A stretch of DNA of 64,000 nt from Coraliomargarita sp. (GTDB lineage: Bacteria; Verrucomicrobiota; Verrucomicrobiia; Opitutales; Coraliomargaritaceae), in NCBI GenBank assembly GCA_965216325.1, contig OZ244160.1:2432001-2496000 (forward strand). The letters are read 5' to 3'. Below the pieces are notes generated by a model. The model saw only the letters and a program-made list of their open reading frames with translations. It did no database searches and had not been told where the DNA came from. A program made the position numbers and the translations under genes. Shown here piece after piece: positions 60,670 to 64,000 of this stretch (positions within the stretch are counted from its first letter, which is position 1; each line of letters opens with the position of its first letter).

Positions 60670-62057
60670 AGTGCACGTTCTTCACGTGCGATTTTGTTGA
60701 GATACTCTTTGCCTCCAGTCTCGTCGGTGAATGCACCGTCGAGCTGGGCTTCATAGCATCGATCCAGAATCGGCCCAAAATGGATGCCGGGTTTGATGCC
60801 GAGTTCGATCAGGTGGCGCCCCAGTAGTATTGGCTTGGGGGCGTTGTCTTTGATTGCAAGTTCACCTGCGCGATCGAGTAGCCACTCGCCCTCGGGGAAT
60901 CCATCGACTTGAATCGGAGGCCGTCCGCATTTGTCCGCGTAGGCAACACGGCAGAGTCGATCGACCCGTTTGACTCGTGCGGCTAGTCGTCGGATTGCGG
61001 AATCTCCGGCGCCATCGCGATAAAGCGCGAGTGGGCGCATGTGTTGCTCGACCAGTGGTAAGACTTCTTCGAAGACTTTCTTTTGGCGGGTGAGTTGACT
61101 TAGGAACTGTTCGGCGATTGGCACACCTTCGACATCATGGCGTGGACTGCGAATGCGTTGCCGCGCTTCGTCGAAGTAGCTGGTTTGAGGTTTACCAAAG
61201 TCATGGCAAAGCACGGCTAATCCGACGATCAGGTCTTCCCATTCATCACCGATACGATTCTTCGCGTAGGCATCGAGGCAGTGTAGAGTATGATTCCAGA
61301 CATCTCCTTCAGGGTGCCATTCTGGATCTTGTTCGCAACCTACGAGCGCCTGGAGCTCGGGGAAGTGTTGGAGCCAGTTACAAGCGTGCAGAAAGTTCAG
61401 TCCCTTGGAAAGCTGATTACCTTTAAGGATTAATTTTTTCCATTCCTCCCAGAGGCGTTCTTGTGGGAGGTGTGCTGGGCTAAGTTGCTGGCAGAGTGCA
61501 ATAGTCTCTTGATCTGCTGTTAGGTTGAAGCGTGCAATGAACTGCATGCCGCGTAGCACGCGTAGCGCATCCTCGCTGAATGCGTCGGAAACGTGACGTA
61601 GACGGCGCGCTTCAAGATCTGTCTTGCCGTTGTAGGGGTCCAGATACTGGCCGCTAAGCGGGTCGAAGCTAATGGCGTTGATGGTGAAGTCGCGGCGAGA
61701 TGCGGCTTCATCTGGCGACATGTTGGGGTCTCCCTGCACCACGAAGTCGGTATGTTTCGGCCCAGTCTTGGATTCGCGCCGTGGCAGGGCGATATCCATC
61801 TCCAAGCCTTTGAGAATGAAGACTCCGAACGAGCGCCCGACCGTATCGAGCCGAAAGTACTCGGCGAGGCGACCTTCGACTTCGTTGACATCGATACCGT
61901 AAATTTCGACATCAATATCTTTGGTGGGGATTCCGAGTAGACCATCTCGAACACAGCCTCCGACGAGTAGGGCTCGACCGCCAGCATCACGCATCATCTC
62001 CGCGACTTTGATAATCGCGTTGCGTTGCTTGATCGAAATATTATTGAGGATCTCCAA
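60666..62057 (-). CDS. cca: CCA tRNA nucleotidyltransferase / poly(A) polymerase family with HD domain
   Basis: [36 protein letters not shown]. Confidence 0.9.
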   Translation of the reverse strand: MEILNNISIKQRNAIIKVAEMMRDAGGRALLVGGCVRDGLLGIPTKDIDVEIYGIDVNEVEGRLAEYFRLDTVGRSFGVFILKGLEMDIALPRRESKTGPKHTDFVVQGDPNMSPDEAASRRDFTINAISFDPLSGQYLDPYNGKTDLEARRLRHVSDAFSEDALRVLRGMQFIARFNLTADQETIALCQQLSPAHLPQERLWEEWKKLILKGNQLSKGLNFLHACNWLQHFPELQALVGCEQDPEWHPEGDVWNHTLHCLDAYAKNRIGDEWEDLIVGLAVLCHDFGKPQTSYFDEARQRIRSPRHDVEGVPIAEQFLSQLTRQKKVFEEVLPLVEQHMRPLALYRDGAGDSAIRRLAARVKRVDRLCRVAYADKCGRPPIQVDGFPEGEWLLDRAGELAIKDNAPKPILLGRHLIELGIKPGIHFGPILDRCYEAQLDGAFTDETGGKEYLNKIAREERAL

Positions 62058-62062
62058 GCTGA

Positions 62063-62899
62063 TTACTCCTTGATCGCCGGATCGCCCCAGTTGAGTTTGT
62101 CGCGCACGATGGCAAAGTGAGAGTGGTCCGGATTTTGCATCAGGCGAAATTTCTTTTCGGCCACACCAATCTGTAGGGGGAAGTTGTTCTCACATTCGAA
62201 GCGTTGGCGACCGTCGATGGTAATTCGCGGGCAGGGGCCGGGTTGTCCGCTTTCAACAGTCACTCGTGTTGAGTGGTCGAAGATGACGGATCGATTGCCG
62301 AAAGTGTGTGGGCAGATGGGGGTCATTGCGATCGCGCTTACGCGCGGTCCGATGATGGGGCCGCCGGCGGATAGGTTGTATGCCGTGGAGCCTGTCGGTG
62401 TTGAGAAGATTAGTCCGTCACAGTGGTATTCAGAAACACGGTTACCGTTTGCTAAGACACGTAAGCGTACGAGGCCACTACCTTGTGTTTCTTTGAGCAC
62501 GACGTCGTTGAGACCGTAAACAACGTCGCCACTTGCATTGGTGCAGCAGAGCACCGAGCGTTCGGCGATCGAGTAATCGCCTTGGATAAGTTTGGGCAAG
62601 TCGTTGGCAGCCTCCTCTTGTGAGAAGGTTGCGAGAAAGCCGAGTTTGCCTAGGTTGACGCCCAAGACAGCGGCACCTGATTCGAGGGCCGCATCAAGCA
62701 CTCCTAATAGAGTGCCGTCGCCTCCAATTGCAATGCAGAGGTCTTGTGCGACGAGTGCATCCTTAGGTAGTGGGTATTGGGCGGTGATGCGTGTTTTTAC
62801 GCCTTCGCACTCAGCCAAGCCAGATAAGTAGCGGGCTACATCTTCTGCGCCAGGCTTGGATGTATTAATCGCAAAGGTGATCGTTTGGATGGTTTGCAT
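62063..62899 (-). CDS. nadK: NAD(+) kinase
   Basis: [44 protein letters not shown]. Confidence 0.97.
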   Translation of the reverse strand: MQTIQTITFAINTSKPGAEDVARYLSGLAECEGVKTRITAQYPLPKDALVAQDLCIAIGGDGTLLGVLDAALESGAAVLGVNLGKLGFLATFSQEEAANDLPKLIQGDYSIAERSVLCCTNASGDVVYGLNDVVLKETQGSGLVRLRVLANGNRVSEYHCDGLIFSTPTGSTAYNLSAGGPIIGPRVSAIAMTPICPHTFGNRSVIFDHSTRVTVESGQPGPCPRITIDGRQRFECENNFPLQIGVAEKKFRLMQNPDHSHFAIVRDKLNWGDPAIKE

Positions 62900-62962
62900 T
62901 CCGTGAGTGAGGTGGAGACTGTGGTGAAAGTGTGTTCGGACTTCGGTGAACTGCAACTAGTC

Positions 62963-63709
62963 TTATGCCTTGCGCTGGAGGCCGAGGAGGAACTCTTTGT
63001 TGCCGTCGGTTCCCTTGATAGGGGAGTCCATTGTTCCAATGAGCTCAGCGCCTGGAAGCTCTTTTAATGTGAATTCACGAATACTGCTGAGCACGCGTTG
63101 ATGAATCGTGTCATCGCGTATGATGCCTTTGCCCGCATCGACTTCATGCTTTTCGGCTTCGAACTGGGGTTTGACGAGTGCAATTAAGCGTCCACCCGGA
63201 GCCATGAACTGCCAGACTGCCGGCAAGACTTTAGTTAGTGAAATAAAGGATAGATCCATAACGATGAGTGGATAGTCATCGTGTGGAAGGTCGCCGGGGT
63301 GGAGATGTCGGGCATTGGTTTTCTCCATGTTGGTAACTCGCTCATCTTGGCGTAGTTTGTTGTGGAGTTGCGCTCGACCGACGTCAACGCAAGTCGAGCT
63401 AATGGCACCACGCTGGAGGCAGCAGTCGGTGAAGCCGCCGGTCGAGGCGCCGACGTCGAGCATGTGCAGTCCGGTGACGTCGATGTTGAACTCTTTGAGG
63501 AAGCCTTCCACTTTGTCGCCGCCACGACTGACGAAGCGCGGTGGCTGTTCGACGCTGAGTTGTGCGTCTTCGGGCAGTGTGCGGCCGGGCTTGTCGAGTC
63601 GCTCGGTGCCGAGGCGGACCTTGCCGGCAAGCACCAGTGCCTTTGCCTGTGAGCGTGAGTCGGCTAGGCCTTGTTCGACCAGGAGTTCGTCAATGCGCTT
63701 CTTTGCCAT
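62963..63709 (-). CDS. tlyA: TlyA family rRNA methyltransferase
   Basis: S4 domain, [40 protein letters not shown]. Confidence 0.97.
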   Translation of the reverse strand: MAKKRIDELLVEQGLADSRSQAKALVLAGKVRLGTERLDKPGRTLPEDAQLSVEQPPRFVSRGGDKVEGFLKEFNIDVTGLHMLDVGASTGGFTDCCLQRGAISSTCVDVGRAQLHNKLRQDERVTNMEKTNARHLHPGDLPHDDYPLIVMDLSFISLTKVLPAVWQFMAPGGRLIALVKPQFEAEKHEVDAGKGIIRDDTIHQRVLSSIREFTLKELPGAELIGTMDSPIKGTDGNKEFLLGLQRKA

Positions 63710-63715
63710 CTGTCT

Positions 63716-64000
63716 CTAGGCCTTTCTCTTGCGGTGGTTGCTGCCGACTTTTGTGCGATTCTTTTGCTGCTTCTGAAAGATCGGTATGAATTTCGTTTCG
63801 ATGAATTCGAAGGCTGCCTGCAAACCATCACGCTCGTAAACTACACCGATCTCTGCCTCCATTGCGGTGGGCTCGCCGAGTGCGGAGAGGAATTTATTGG
63901 ACGTCATTTGCACGAAAGTCTCTGCCCGCGCAGAGCTTGGGATGTGTGCTTGCTTGAGGATCCATTCGCGTGCGAACAGGGCCAGCACGGCATCGCCGAT
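63716..64000 (-). CDS. Hypothetical protein, 3' part (runs off the window); could be a ribonuclease III-like C-terminus but unverified
   Basis: Open frame ending 6 nt before tlyA. Confidence 0.55.
   Translation of the reverse strand: MGDAVLALFAREWILKQAHIPSSARAETFVQMTSNKFLSALGEPTAMEAEIGVVYERDGLQAAFEFIETKFIPIFQKQQKNRTKVGSNHRKRKA

Overview
This is an ordinary-looking bacterial chromosomal segment. Gene content and style suggest Verrucomicrobiota, probably Opitutia (inference, no search run). It carries core genes (pnp, rpsO, trxA, scpA, lptD, glgB, hemC, cobA-hemD, ilvNC, parA, xerC, ychF, frameshifted prfB, ptsH, cca, nadK, tlyA), two tRNAs (Val-TAC, Ser-CGA), an nrfHA nitrite-ammonification pair, system II cytochrome c maturation genes, an RND efflux operon, xylAB with an AraC regulator, and a TPR-TPR-ExbB-ExbD-ExbD-(TonB/vWA-like) operon. 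The main non-coding observations are five. (1) A truncated IS110 recombinase has an upstream region with a readable bridge-RNA architecture, whose guides match the element's own end (7/7) and its genomic flank (8/9). (2) Two 148-bp tandem repeats behind tRNA-Ser each end in the tRNA 3' end and are built from GNA-triloop hairpins. (3) Several REP-like palindrome families are present; some supply stop codons and one lies in frame inside the AddA-like gene. (4) rpsO has a four-way-junction leader. (5) A PhoD-fold protein has lost its metal ligands. All structures and motifs were read by eye.
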